Part shown: positions 48,280-58,000 of the stretch, piece by piece | How the letters are laid out: the number at the start of each line of letters is the position of its first letter | Position numbering within the stretch: the first letter of the stretch is position 1 | Sequence record: MF360958.1 | Direction: 5' to 3' (one strand) | Length of the DNA stretch: 64,000 nt | Program-made: the position numbers and the translations under genes | The notes under the pieces: model-generated | What the model saw: the letters and a program-made list of their open reading frames with translations, nothing else | Told to the model about the DNA's origin: nothing | Databases searched by the model: none

Positions 48280-49137
48280 TTATTCCACTTTACTTTCTGT
48301 TTGATTGCTGTAAAAATGATCCTCATCAGCATCACGAACATAATCATTGTCTTGATCGAAAACAATATGTTCGTAGAGTTCCGTAATAGTTTCCAGCATA
48401 AATTCTGCTAGTTTTTCACCATTATTCCCCGGTTCTCTGATGATATACGGTGCAATATCAGGATAGCGCACACATACATCAAATTTAGTAAAGATATGCT
48501 GCTTATTAATAAGCCCATAAAGCTGTGCATAATAAAATGCAAGACACTTATAGATATCTACAATATCTTGTTTTTTTCCAAAATCGTGAATATCTGAAAA
48601 ATCATTCTCAAGACGTTCAGTAATGAATTGTACTCGTTCGCTAAATGATCCATTTTTCATAAGGTCTTTAACTTGATCACGATAGCTTGTCCGAGACAGG
48701 AAACTAAGAGTATGACGAATCACCTTAATAGCTTTGAGAGAAATGCTTTGTTTAGCATAATCCTCAACGGGACAACTATCATGATTATGATAATTAAAAG
48801 AATGGTTATAGAATGTTTCCATAATACAATTCTGTGTTTCTTCAACATCCTTATTTTCAGCCCAAACTACCTCACCGTTAATGATTTTAATGAATTGAAG
48901 ATCAATATCATTTTCAGTAATTGTTCGAGATTTTTTAGCCAGATGTTTCTTGAGTGTGTTTTTGATCTTCATCAATTCACGCTTATCTGGCCCTCCATCA
49001 GAATTCAGAGGATTATCAATAAGGTTTACAAAATAATCGCGGTCGCGACTATTTGACGAACCAAATTGAAAAATTCGTGATTTATATGTATCTGTGATGT
49101 TAATTTCATCATACATTTCTTGTGTGGTAGCAACCAT
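48280..49137 (-). CDS. Putative nucleotidyltransferase (FGS-x4-DxD) with helical C-terminal domain; start revised to ATG 49137
   Basis: IFQFGSSNSRDRDYFV; third acidic candidate in DIDLQF; RBS GGAG before MVATTQ. Confidence 0.55.
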   Translation of the reverse strand: MVATTQEMYDEINITDTYKSRIFQFGSSNSRDRDYFVNLIDNPLNSDGGPDKRELMKIKNTLKKHLAKKSRTITENDIDLQFIKIINGEVVWAENKDVEETQNCIMETFYNHSFNYHNHDSCPVEDYAKQSISLKAIKVIRHTLSFLSRTSYRDQVKDLMKNGSFSERVQFITERLENDFSDIHDFGKKQDIVDIYKCLAFYYAQLYGLINKQHIFTKFDVCVRYPDIAPYIIREPGNNGEKLAEFMLETITELYEHIVFDQDNDYVRDADEDHFYSNQTESKVE

Positions 49138-49220
49138 AATCAGACTCCATAATTGTTTGATTTTTTGAAAAACAAGAAAGGGTATTGTAACCCTTTCTTG
49201 TTGAAAATGCAACTGAGCTA

Positions 49221-50579
49221 TTAAAGCTCAGTCAGGATGTTATCGTAACGGTCTACTAGTTCATCCATAGCATCACACTCACCGATCTTGAGATTGTACT
49301 GCTTCAGAGCAATACTAGCGCCCATGATGATGAAGTCTTCCTGAAAATCCAGATTTTCCATGAGGAAATTCAGGTAGTTATCACCGTACTTATTCATGGT
49401 GTCGTGAAGCTCACCAGTAGAGTTACCATCCTTCTGCTTGGAGCGAAGTGTTTGCTCTTTCTCGTGCATCCGGTGGCAGAGATTCACGATTAGCGCGTAG
49501 TTCGCTGACGCTTTGAGACTTTCAAGATCATGAGTTTTAACACGACCTTCCAGAATATCCATTGGATCAGGAAGCTGACCAAGAAGCTCGAAGCTTGCCA
49601 TGAATTCAGAACCTACACCTACGCCAACCATAGAATATACTTGGTTTTGGAGACGCTTGTAATGTTCCTGCTTCACATTACCTTTTTCGTCAGTAAGCGC
49701 TTTAAGCACATTACTTACGAATTCCCAAGAACGCGGTGTTGCGAATGCATACTCATGACGGTTTTTAGGATTGAATGTATTCAGGTTCCCGGAATGTGCC
49801 TTGAGATAACCAACCACTAGATGGTGAATATGGTTATCAATTGCCCACTGTTCCCAAGACTCGTAATGAGGTACAAGGGTAAAGTGTGAGAAGCGGTTTC
49901 GCAGTGGCGTAGGCATCGAGAAATTCACTGAATTATCTTCTGAACGGTTACCTGCCGCAATAAGTGACACGCTTTCAGGAAGCTTATATTCACCTACTTT
50001 ACGATCAAGCACAAGCTGTAGTGCTGCCGCTTGTACTGCTGGCGGTGCAGAACTGATTTCATCAAGGAAGATCACAGCATTACCCGCATTCACCATGTAC
50101 ATCAGCTTGGATTTTTCAACATCAGTGAAATCAACATTTTCGCCATTATCCATACGTTCCAGCTTATCCATAATTGTAGCAAGCTGGCGATCTGTTGGTT
50201 CAGTTGCGCTTGGCTCGATCATTTCAGGCTGACCTACCTCATCAAGATGCGAGCGCAGATAATCAAGCTCAGACATAGAAGGAGGAAGCTCAGACGGAGC
50301 ACCAGTTTCCATACGCTTCGAATCAGGATTGAAGTAAGGAATACCGGACAGATCTGTTGGATCTTTCAGCAGGAGACGAATATCAATAACGATACGCTTT
50401 AGCTCCCTACCGATCTGCCGAGCGAGGTCGCTTTTACCAACACCGGGCTGACCCCACATCATAATCGGTGGGAGTACTAGTCCTTGGCTTGGCGCTTCAT
50501 GAATATTGAATCGTAGCTCATCGAGCATGTCAGATGGTGTTAGCTCTGGATGTGTTGCAGTTTGATCGTTCTTAGACAT
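49221..50579 (-). CDS. MoxR-family AAA+ ATPase
   Basis: Walker A GQPGVGKS, Walker B IFLDEI, AAGNR, PLRNRF, ATPRSW; RBS AGGAG. Confidence 0.92.
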   Translation of the reverse strand: MSKNDQTATHPELTPSDMLDELRFNIHEAPSQGLVLPPIMMWGQPGVGKSDLARQIGRELKRIVIDIRLLLKDPTDLSGIPYFNPDSKRMETGAPSELPPSMSELDYLRSHLDEVGQPEMIEPSATEPTDRQLATIMDKLERMDNGENVDFTDVEKSKLMYMVNAGNAVIFLDEISSAPPAVQAAALQLVLDRKVGEYKLPESVSLIAAGNRSEDNSVNFSMPTPLRNRFSHFTLVPHYESWEQWAIDNHIHHLVVGYLKAHSGNLNTFNPKNRHEYAFATPRSWEFVSNVLKALTDEKGNVKQEHYKRLQNQVYSMVGVGVGSEFMASFELLGQLPDPMDILEGRVKTHDLESLKASANYALIVNLCHRMHEKEQTLRSKQKDGNSTGELHDTMNKYGDNYLNFLMENLDFQEDFIIMGASIALKQYNLKIGECDAMDELVDRYDNILTEL

Positions 50580-50732
50580 ATTAAGTTCTCCTGTTGATAG
50601 TTTCGAATTTAGTAGTTTAAAACAACGTTCCAGCTAATGCAATAGGTGAAACAACTTTTTAGAAGACATTAGATGAAAATATCTATATGTCTACGTTTCG
50701 AGGTAGGTTCTCTCCCCGAATCGCTGAAGCCT

Positions 50733-50760
50733 ATTATATATATTTGTAAGCTAATGTCAA
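50733..50760 (-). promoter_or_regulatory. Consensus sigma70 hexamers TTGACA-N16-TATAAT driving the MoxR cluster
   Basis: Exact consensus hexamers; the -35 overlaps the TGA stop of the upstream ORF. Confidence 0.85.
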
Positions 50761-51137
50761 CCGTAAAGGTGGGATTTGTCTATATAGTGGTTTTTAAAAA
50801 CTTCAAAATCGTACTGTGAAATTTTCATTTTATTAACAAATTTACGATCAGTAGTCTGCATACGAATTTTCTTAGAAGATTGATTCTTATTATAAATGTA
50901 ATAAAAACCGTTAATGACTTTACACAATGTATTATAATCTAACGGGGAATTATTTATTTCAAATTCTAATTCATAAAAATCATACAGATTTTTAATTTTT
51001 CGAAAACCAGTAAATGTCAACTTTCCACTAGTGGGATGAGGCATATAAAACAGATCAACAACTTCAAAATTTTGCTCATTTTGTTCTTTAACATATTCAT
51101 TAATATAGTCTGCTAAACGTTGTTTTACATCTTCCAT
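50757..51137 (-). CDS. Hypothetical protein
   Basis: 126-aa ORF in an operon. Confidence 0.65.
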   Translation of the reverse strand: MEDVKQRLADYINEYVKEQNEQNFEVVDLFYMPHPTSGKLTFTGFRKIKNLYDFYELEFEINNSPLDYNTLCKVINGFYYIYNKNQSSKKIRMQTTDRKFVNKMKISQYDFEVFKNHYIDKSHLYG

Positions 51138-51140
51138 ATT

Positions 51141-51455
51141 TTATGAACCTGTTTTGTAATCACTGTTACTATCTCGTAGAATACTAGCATCATCAATTAT
51201 TTTAACATTAAATTTATCTGTTTTATAAGTGTTATTAAGTTTATTTTTTAGATTATAAGCATGTGCTGGATTGGTGAAGGCTGTTCGCTTATAGCGAGCA
51301 CCGGGATAATCAAAATGCTTATTGAAATTTTTAATACTTATAGGTGTATTCTCATAGAAAACCATAAAAATGGTATCGCCTTCAAGAATCTGTTCACTTT
51401 TTCCGGTGTCTTCATCTGTATTTTCAAGAATGACTGTGGGCTTTTTTCGTGCCAT
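51141..51455 (-). CDS. Conserved hypothetical protein
   Basis: MARKKPTVILE..YPGARYKRTAFTNPAHAYNL pattern recalled from related phages. Confidence 0.75.
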   Translation of the reverse strand: MARKKPTVILENTDEDTGKSEQILEGDTIFMVFYENTPISIKNFNKHFDYPGARYKRTAFTNPAHAYNLKNKLNNTYKTDKFNVKIIDDASILRDSNSDYKTGS

Positions 51456-51509
51456 GTAATTAACCTAATTTATTGTAATAATGTTTTGATCAATAATTAT
51501 TGTCTAACA

Positions 51510-51749
51510 TTATTTATCAAATGTACCACCATGAAGTGTATAAGTATTTTTACTAAAATTATAATTTTCATTACTATTTTCGTTTTCTTTACTATTCTTT
51601 TCTTCTAATGTATCTAAAAGATATTGAGCATCTTTCTTAACTTCTTCAAGATACTCTATATCTAAAACTACTGAGTGTTTATTTTTTGAATGCATATTTT
51701 CAACTATTTTTATTAGGCGTTGTAAAGATTCACAATTATGCGTCATCAT
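51510..51749 (-). CDS. Hypothetical protein
   Basis: 79-aa ORF overlapping the rnh stop. Confidence 0.6.
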   Translation of the reverse strand: MMTHNCESLQRLIKIVENMHSKNKHSVVLDIEYLEEVKKDAQYLLDTLEEKNSKENENSNENYNFSKNTYTLHGGTFDK

Positions 51750-52803
51750 TATTCTCCACGAGAGTTGTTTGCTGTGCTAACTCTTTTTCTTTTTCCACAT
51801 CATCTTCTGGTGCTTTTTTACCTAAGAAATCCAAATAATAGGATGATGACCGAATAATTGCCTGAAGATCGTATTTTTTACAAAATTTCAGGAAGTGGAA
51901 ACCTATTTCATTAGTCTTCACTTCGCGAATCATTTCTTTAGTTAAATCTTCACGGATTTGCTCTTTCACAAAATCAGGAATAAGTCTAAGATCGATTAGA
52001 ATTTTATTAAATTCATATTCATCTTTAACAAGACGTTTGTTGCCATCAGCATCCGTCCATTCATGCATCATAACAGTGTTCCATTCATACCCTTTCGAAT
52101 GGCGGTCATTAAAAGCTTCTTGAAGTCCTACTGTATTTTTTGTTCCTTTTTCACGTACTCTAGGATAAGCACTGAAAATATTATCAGAAGGATCACCCCT
52201 GAAACACTTTTTAAACAGAATCCATTCAGGATCGCCAATTTGTTTTTGCTTCTTTGTATTTTTATCAATAACTGGCTTCATTCGATCATCAAATACGCCT
52301 TGATGGGTTACGATCTCCCCTTTCATTGCATCAAATATGCACACATTACTTGAAATAAGTTGGTGGAAATCCTTATCAGAAGATACAATAATATGGTTTT
52401 TATCAGGATGATCAAAGATAAACGTTGCTATTACATCATCAGCCTCAGCGTTCTTGGATGAAACAACTGTACAGTTCGTATAACGTTTGAGGTAATTTTG
52501 AAAATCATTTGCAACTTTTTGAAATTCTTCATCCATTTCAATTTCAGAAGGCTTCCTCTTTAATCGCTGCGCAACACGATTCATTTTATAATCAGGCGAT
52601 ACCTGCTTTCTCCAAGATTTCCCTTCCAACTCAACTATTACATGGGATGCATCAAAGCGATCCCATGCTGATTTTATACCAGTAAGCATTTGATGAATAA
52701 CGAGTCCGATTTGTTCATCTACGCTAGAGCCTTTAACACTCATATGTTTCATTCTATGAAACATATTATTAAAGTCTACATGTAAATAAGTCTTTTTACT
52801 CAT
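51736..52803 (-). CDS. rnh: T4 RNase H-like 5'-3' exo/flap endonuclease
   Basis: YLHVDFNN, EADDVIA, SSDKDFHQL, GDPSDNIF. Confidence 0.9.
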   Translation of the reverse strand: MSKKTYLHVDFNNMFHRMKHMSVKGSSVDEQIGLVIHQMLTGIKSAWDRFDASHVIVELEGKSWRKQVSPDYKMNRVAQRLKRKPSEIEMDEEFQKVANDFQNYLKRYTNCTVVSSKNAEADDVIATFIFDHPDKNHIIVSSDKDFHQLISSNVCIFDAMKGEIVTHQGVFDDRMKPVIDKNTKKQKQIGDPEWILFKKCFRGDPSDNIFSAYPRVREKGTKNTVGLQEAFNDRHSKGYEWNTVMMHEWTDADGNKRLVKDEYEFNKILIDLRLIPDFVKEQIREDLTKEMIREVKTNEIGFHFLKFCKKYDLQAIIRSSSYYLDFLGKKAPEDDVEKEKELAQQTTLVENNDDA

Positions 52804-52814
52804 AATGTTAACCG

Positions 52815-54137
52815 TTACTTATACATTCTGCGATTTTTAACATATGACAATACGTTATTAAATTCGTCATCATTATCATATGAATCTTTATCAATTTCGA
52901 TGTTTTCTACTAGTGATCCTTCTGGTGAGGAAGCCAATACGGATTGAAACGTGTCACCGTACTGATCGTCCTCCTGATGCTCCGCAAGTAATGATGCTGC
53001 TGTACGCATCAATGTATTTTTTACCCATCCTTCTATTAGGAGATCTTTATAATCTTCACTATTTCTATCTAGATTCTGATAACTTTCAAATTTACTTGGA
53101 TCATATTCCAGATCTTTGGATTTGAGCCATTCAATGAAGTAGTCGTTGTATTCCACATCAATTTCCACCATATCAGGATTGTCATAATCAGAATCAGGAT
53201 TTAATGTAAAATTAACCCATTTTTCACCATGAATACTATGATAGTTTTTTAGGTATTCTTTATAAGTAATCGTTCCTTTTGAGAATTCAATATTCAATAA
53301 TTCTTCATCAAGTTCTTTTAAACGTGCTTCTTTTTGAACTTTACTAAAGTTGAAAACATTTCCCTGTGTGTCGTTTTCGATACATTCTCTTTCATATTCA
53401 AAGCATTTACGTAAGTACTCGACTCGATCAAAAAGGCCCATGAGATAATATTGAACAAAATAAATTCTTTTTTGAAGATCAACATGTTTCTTTTTCGTTA
53501 CATTTTGACTAGGATCAGACATATTATGCTTAATATAGTATTCTGATAATACGCCTAAAACAAAGTTGCAATATGTATCGAACAATACATGCTCGTTACC
53601 ATGGTTAATAGGGTTAAGCGTATTTTTCTTACCTAGAAATTCCTGATTGCTTAATATTTTTGTTGAGATAAAAGAATCATGTTCATCAAATATGTTTGAC
53701 TTATCTACCGGGCACATATAGATAAAATACTCTATAATATCGCTATATGTAATTCTTTGTTCTTCAAGAACATTACGAAGATACTTGGTGATATCGCCAA
53801 TACGACGATGGATCATATCATTACTGTAATCTTCAACAACTACCATCCATTTACTTTTACTCAACATATCTTTAGAATGTTCTTCTGTTTCACCATCATC
53901 GTGTTTTTCTTCACTATTATTTGATTGTATATTAGTATTTGATTCATCTACATCATTATATGTATAACTTGGAATCTTTAATTCACTAAACGCCGTTTTA
54001 ATTTCATCACCAATAGTTCCTTTTGAACCATCGCTATTGCGTTTAGATATTTGTTTTTCAATATCTTCTAACGCTTTATAGATATTATTTGATGTTATAT
54101 TCTTTTTAATTTTTTTATCAATATACCAACGGTACAT
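52815..54137 (-). CDS. Hypothetical protein with a conserved C-terminal domain
   Basis: 440 aa; GEKWVNF..DYDNP..EIDVEYNDYFIEWL motif; RBS AAGGAG. Confidence 0.7.
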   Translation of the reverse strand: MYRWYIDKKIKKNITSNNIYKALEDIEKQISKRNSDGSKGTIGDEIKTAFSELKIPSYTYNDVDESNTNIQSNNSEEKHDDGETEEHSKDMLSKSKWMVVVEDYSNDMIHRRIGDITKYLRNVLEEQRITYSDIIEYFIYMCPVDKSNIFDEHDSFISTKILSNQEFLGKKNTLNPINHGNEHVLFDTYCNFVLGVLSEYYIKHNMSDPSQNVTKKKHVDLQKRIYFVQYYLMGLFDRVEYLRKCFEYERECIENDTQGNVFNFSKVQKEARLKELDEELLNIEFSKGTITYKEYLKNYHSIHGEKWVNFTLNPDSDYDNPDMVEIDVEYNDYFIEWLKSKDLEYDPSKFESYQNLDRNSEDYKDLLIEGWVKNTLMRTAASLLAEHQEDDQYGDTFQSVLASSPEGSLVENIEIDKDSYDNDDEFNNVLSYVKNRRMYK

Positions 54138-54155
54138 ATTATCTCCTTATGGTTT

Positions 54156-54178
54156 AAGGGACATTTGAACTGTCCCTT
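54156..54178. other. Intergenic hairpin AAGGGACA-TTTGAAC-TGTCCCTT
   Basis: Perfect 8-bp stem between co-directional genes; no U-tract on the coding strand. Confidence 0.6.
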
Positions 54179-54187
54179 TAAGTTTAT

Positions 54188-54955
54188 TTACGCTGCTGTG
54201 AGTTTGTAAGAATAAGAGACTTGATCTGTCTCTACATTAATATTGATCAAACCATTTTCATTAGAAACATGCATGGTTACTTGATCGAGATCAGGAGCTT
54301 GTTTCAAGATAGCTAAAACTTGCTTAACAGGCCAGAAGTTATTACCCGCCATTGATTCCAGTTCCGTATCATTAACTACTGGAATTTTTGCAGTATCATC
54401 TTCACCAAGATTCATATACAGAGTATGATCTTCAATGCTTAATGAAAATGTATTTGATTCCTTGCCAAGAATACTAGAAAATGATTGGAATTGTTTTAAA
54501 AACGATTCATCAGGCGTAAATACGATATCATAGTCATCATCATTTAATGTAACAGTAGGTGTAAATGTTTTAATTCGACGCCTTGCAATTTCAGGCTGCA
54601 TCATACGATAAGTGCAATAGTGGCCTTTATCTGTCTTAAACACTAACTCTCGGGGTGTACCATTATCCATATAACCAAGTTCTAGAGAACTACCTTCATC
54701 ATTAAATACAGGCGATTTAAGATAACCAGCCAATACGTTTAGACGAGAAAAACCAATTAGAGTTTTTCCTGATTCACTATCAGGCGGAATAGAGTTAGTA
54801 ATATCATGTTTAATAACACCATTAAGTGTTACTGTAAAATCTTTACTTGATGTTTTTACTTGCGCCACACCTTCATTATTGACTACTAGTTTGAAGGCTT
54901 CAAAATCGCCAAGTTCGTGTGTATGACGAATAACGTCTTTTAGAATCTCTTTCAT
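54188..54955 (-). CDS. Putative sliding clamp (T4 gp45-like processivity factor)
   Basis: 255 aa, beta-rich clamp-like size, directly downstream of the DNA polymerase; RBS AAGGAG. Confidence 0.6.
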   Translation of the reverse strand: MKEILKDVIRHTHELGDFEAFKLVVNNEGVAQVKTSSKDFTVTLNGVIKHDITNSIPPDSESGKTLIGFSRLNVLAGYLKSPVFNDEGSSLELGYMDNGTPRELVFKTDKGHYCTYRMMQPEIARRRIKTFTPTVTLNDDDYDIVFTPDESFLKQFQSFSSILGKESNTFSLSIEDHTLYMNLGEDDTAKIPVVNDTELESMAGNNFWPVKQVLAILKQAPDLDQVTMHVSNENGLININVETDQVSYSYKLTAA

Positions 54956-54984
54956 GTATAACTCCTTAATTTATTATATATAGT

Positions 54985-55012
54985 AACTTATCACGCTTTT
55001 CTATATTGTCAA
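54985..55012 (-). promoter_or_regulatory. sigma70-like promoter TTGACA-N16-TAAGTT with extended -10 TGn
   Basis: Intergenic, 29 nt upstream of the clamp ATG. Confidence 0.7.
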
Positions 55013-55063
55013 TTAACTTCGAGTTATAACTACTATAAACGATGAATAGAAATATACCTATTT

Positions 55064-58000
55064 TCAATCATCATCTTCAACAAAAATTTCATGAAACTTA
55101 CTGCTTGCTTTAAGAATACCCATATCCCAATCAAGCACACCGAATATATTATTCACCTTTTTATAAAAGATAGTTTCAGCCATTGCTTCTATATCAAAAG
55201 GTAATTCTTTAAACCATTCCGGGAAATGAATTTGATCTGTAGGATAAGCAATCTTATCATATCCGTAATCATTGATTTTTAGAGGGCATACGATAACCTT
55301 GGAACCATTTTTAATTTTTTCCATATGATCTTCTTCAAAGAAATCCAATAATTCATTCCATGCTATTGCACCTGCAATAGCATTTGGAATCATTGTTTTA
55401 CCCCGTACACCTGCTTTAATTTCATTATGTATTTGAGTGTAATAATCAACAGCATTAGCACCTGACGGTTTACCAATAAGCCAAGGTTGTTTTTCAAGTA
55501 GATCTTTTTTGAATTCTATCAAATAGTTAAGAACTTTGGATTCATCTTCACCGTCAAGAAGCATATTGAGTGCTTTTTCCAACACATTTTGGATAATTTT
55601 TGGAGTATCAGAACGTTTGATTTCGATACCCATAATCTTTAGCTTACCGCTTTTACCATTAGTATCCTGTCGTATACCATCTTTATCAAAAAGATTCATA
55701 GCATAACGTTTCTTTTTAATGAACAGTGAATAGCTGGATATATTCTCTCTCCCTGCTTTGATAATAGAACCATTGTTTATCCCAGTATTGAAACGCTGAT
55801 TCATAAATTCAGGGAACGTCTTATTAGTATTTTCAGATATATTGTCATACAATTCTATTGATAAATCACGATCATTTTCCAAAGCACGAGCATATTTGAT
55901 TTTTTCTTCATCGTTGGAATTCATGAATGCTTCATACATAGAGAAATAACTACTATCCGTATTTTTAAGTAGAATATTATTTCCAAAAAACCAATTATGT
56001 TCAGCATTTTTCATTCCAACATCGTATACATATTCATTATCAAAATATCCTAGCCAGACAATATCCTCTATAGAGCATTTTAATACCTCTCCACATTTTA
56101 CTGTTATTAATACATCCTCACCTTTTACGATATCTTTAGGCGAAATTTTAATCATTCCATCATCATTTTCAATCATTATAGAATGATCTTCGGTAACAAT
56201 AACTTCATTATTGTTACTATCCCTAATAAGCCATTTTGATTTACTTGTTTTATGACGGTAAATATAATTGATTTCGCCATAATAACTAGTACCATTTTGG
56301 GGATCGTATGTTTTTACTTTTATACTTGGATCATATGAATACTCTTTACCAGTTTCACTATCTTCCCAAAATCTACTAGAATTTACAAATAGTTTTTCAA
56401 TAGTATACTCGCCGTTATTTGTCGAAATTATAGTATCATGCGTAACGCTATCACCATATATGATAGATTTTCCAAGATAATTATAATCCCCTTCAATAAG
56501 TTCGTTAATTTTACTACTCATATGACGAGTAATAGAACGTCCAGTTAAAGTTGTAGACTGACCAAGCCTTTTGTCATAGAAACGGAAATGCTTGTTAAGC
56601 AATGCACCATAAAGCGCGTTAAGCATGATCTTCTTAGCTAACTGTCGCTGATCCCAAAACTTGAAGTTAATTTCCGCTTGTCGTTTTTCTTCTCCATCAC
56701 TTAATTCTGATACTTTCTTTTCCCATTTTTCAGCTTCAGCTTGCATTTCTTTACGTTCTGCATACCAACGAGCAAGTAGTGTCGGGATTATACCATCTTT
56801 CTCTCTAGTAAAGACACTACCGTTTGCGCTAACAATGTATTTGTCGCTATTATAGATTAAATCATAAATCTTATAAGCAGGTGCGGTGATAGAATCTTCA
56901 GTGCGATTGAAATGTAGTATAACTTCTTCTTCACTTTGCTCATAAACTTTATCAAACTCGAAGGTATTGAATAAATCACCCCATGCTTCACGCGGAGAAT
57001 CTTTTTCACCATTATTGACTTGATCAATAATATACTGATCTGTCTGAGTTGTATCAATTTGAGCAACAAGAGTCTCGGGGCTCATATTGAGAGCACGTAT
57101 GGTAGATGGATATAGAGAATTGATATCGTTACCAGCTACAAGTTTTCTCATCCCTTTTTGGGGCGGACTAACGAATGCACCCGCTGCACCGCTTTCGGAC
57201 TCATCCGCTTCGGTTTTTGAAGGGAAAATATAAACCTTATCGCTAAAGTAATGGCCTTGATTAAGTATAGCCTGTTCAGTAATGGACACAGTACCAAGCG
57301 TGGTTTCCATCAATACACCATTACTGTGTGCTAGTAGGTTTGTAAGATCGATAAACTTCTTACGGTCATCCAACATTTTAATAAGGTAGGTGTCCTTTAT
57401 GTTATAGCGAACGAAGTTTCTAAAATCATACTTATAGAGATGATCTAGAGAATAAGGATAATCAATTTTTTCTTCATCAAGCTCGACATAAGATACGTGA
57501 TTCAATGCATAACTGGATAACTCAGTGTATGTATATGTTTTATACAGCTCCATATAATCAAGATGAACACGTCCTAAACAATCATAGTACGTTTCTTCAC
57601 GTTTGAACTTTTTGTTGTACTGTGTTCTCTCAGCAGGATCTTTACCCAATAAACATAGATCTTTTAGGTAATAAGGACCAATGATTTTAGGAATTCTATT
57701 AGTAAGATATTTAAAGTCATACATCTTACTGTTCCATCCGGTAATAACATCAGCATCTTCAATTAAATGAAGGAAACATTTTAGTAGATCGCCTTCATCA
57801 TCAAATACCCACATTTTTACATCATAAGGGGCATCATCATATTCTTTAAGAACTTCATCACACTCATGCTCAGCCTGTTCTGGAGTCATTGTTGGTGGTG
57901 GTAGTACAAGCATATGCATCGTATCACACCAATCTTGTTGAACTGAAACAGATATGACTGGATTATCAGCACGATCCGGTGTTGAATATTTGTTTTCGGG

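Noticed and set aside
50690-50730. tRNA gene in the GC-rich stretch containing GGTTC
   Set aside because: No cloverleaf or acceptor stem and no T-loop consensus (TTCRAAT); treated as a leader hairpin instead. No tRNA or rRNA was recognised elsewhere by eye
55961-56449. Homing endonuclease within the intein
   Set aside because: Only 163 aa, with no LAGLIDADG or HNH motifs
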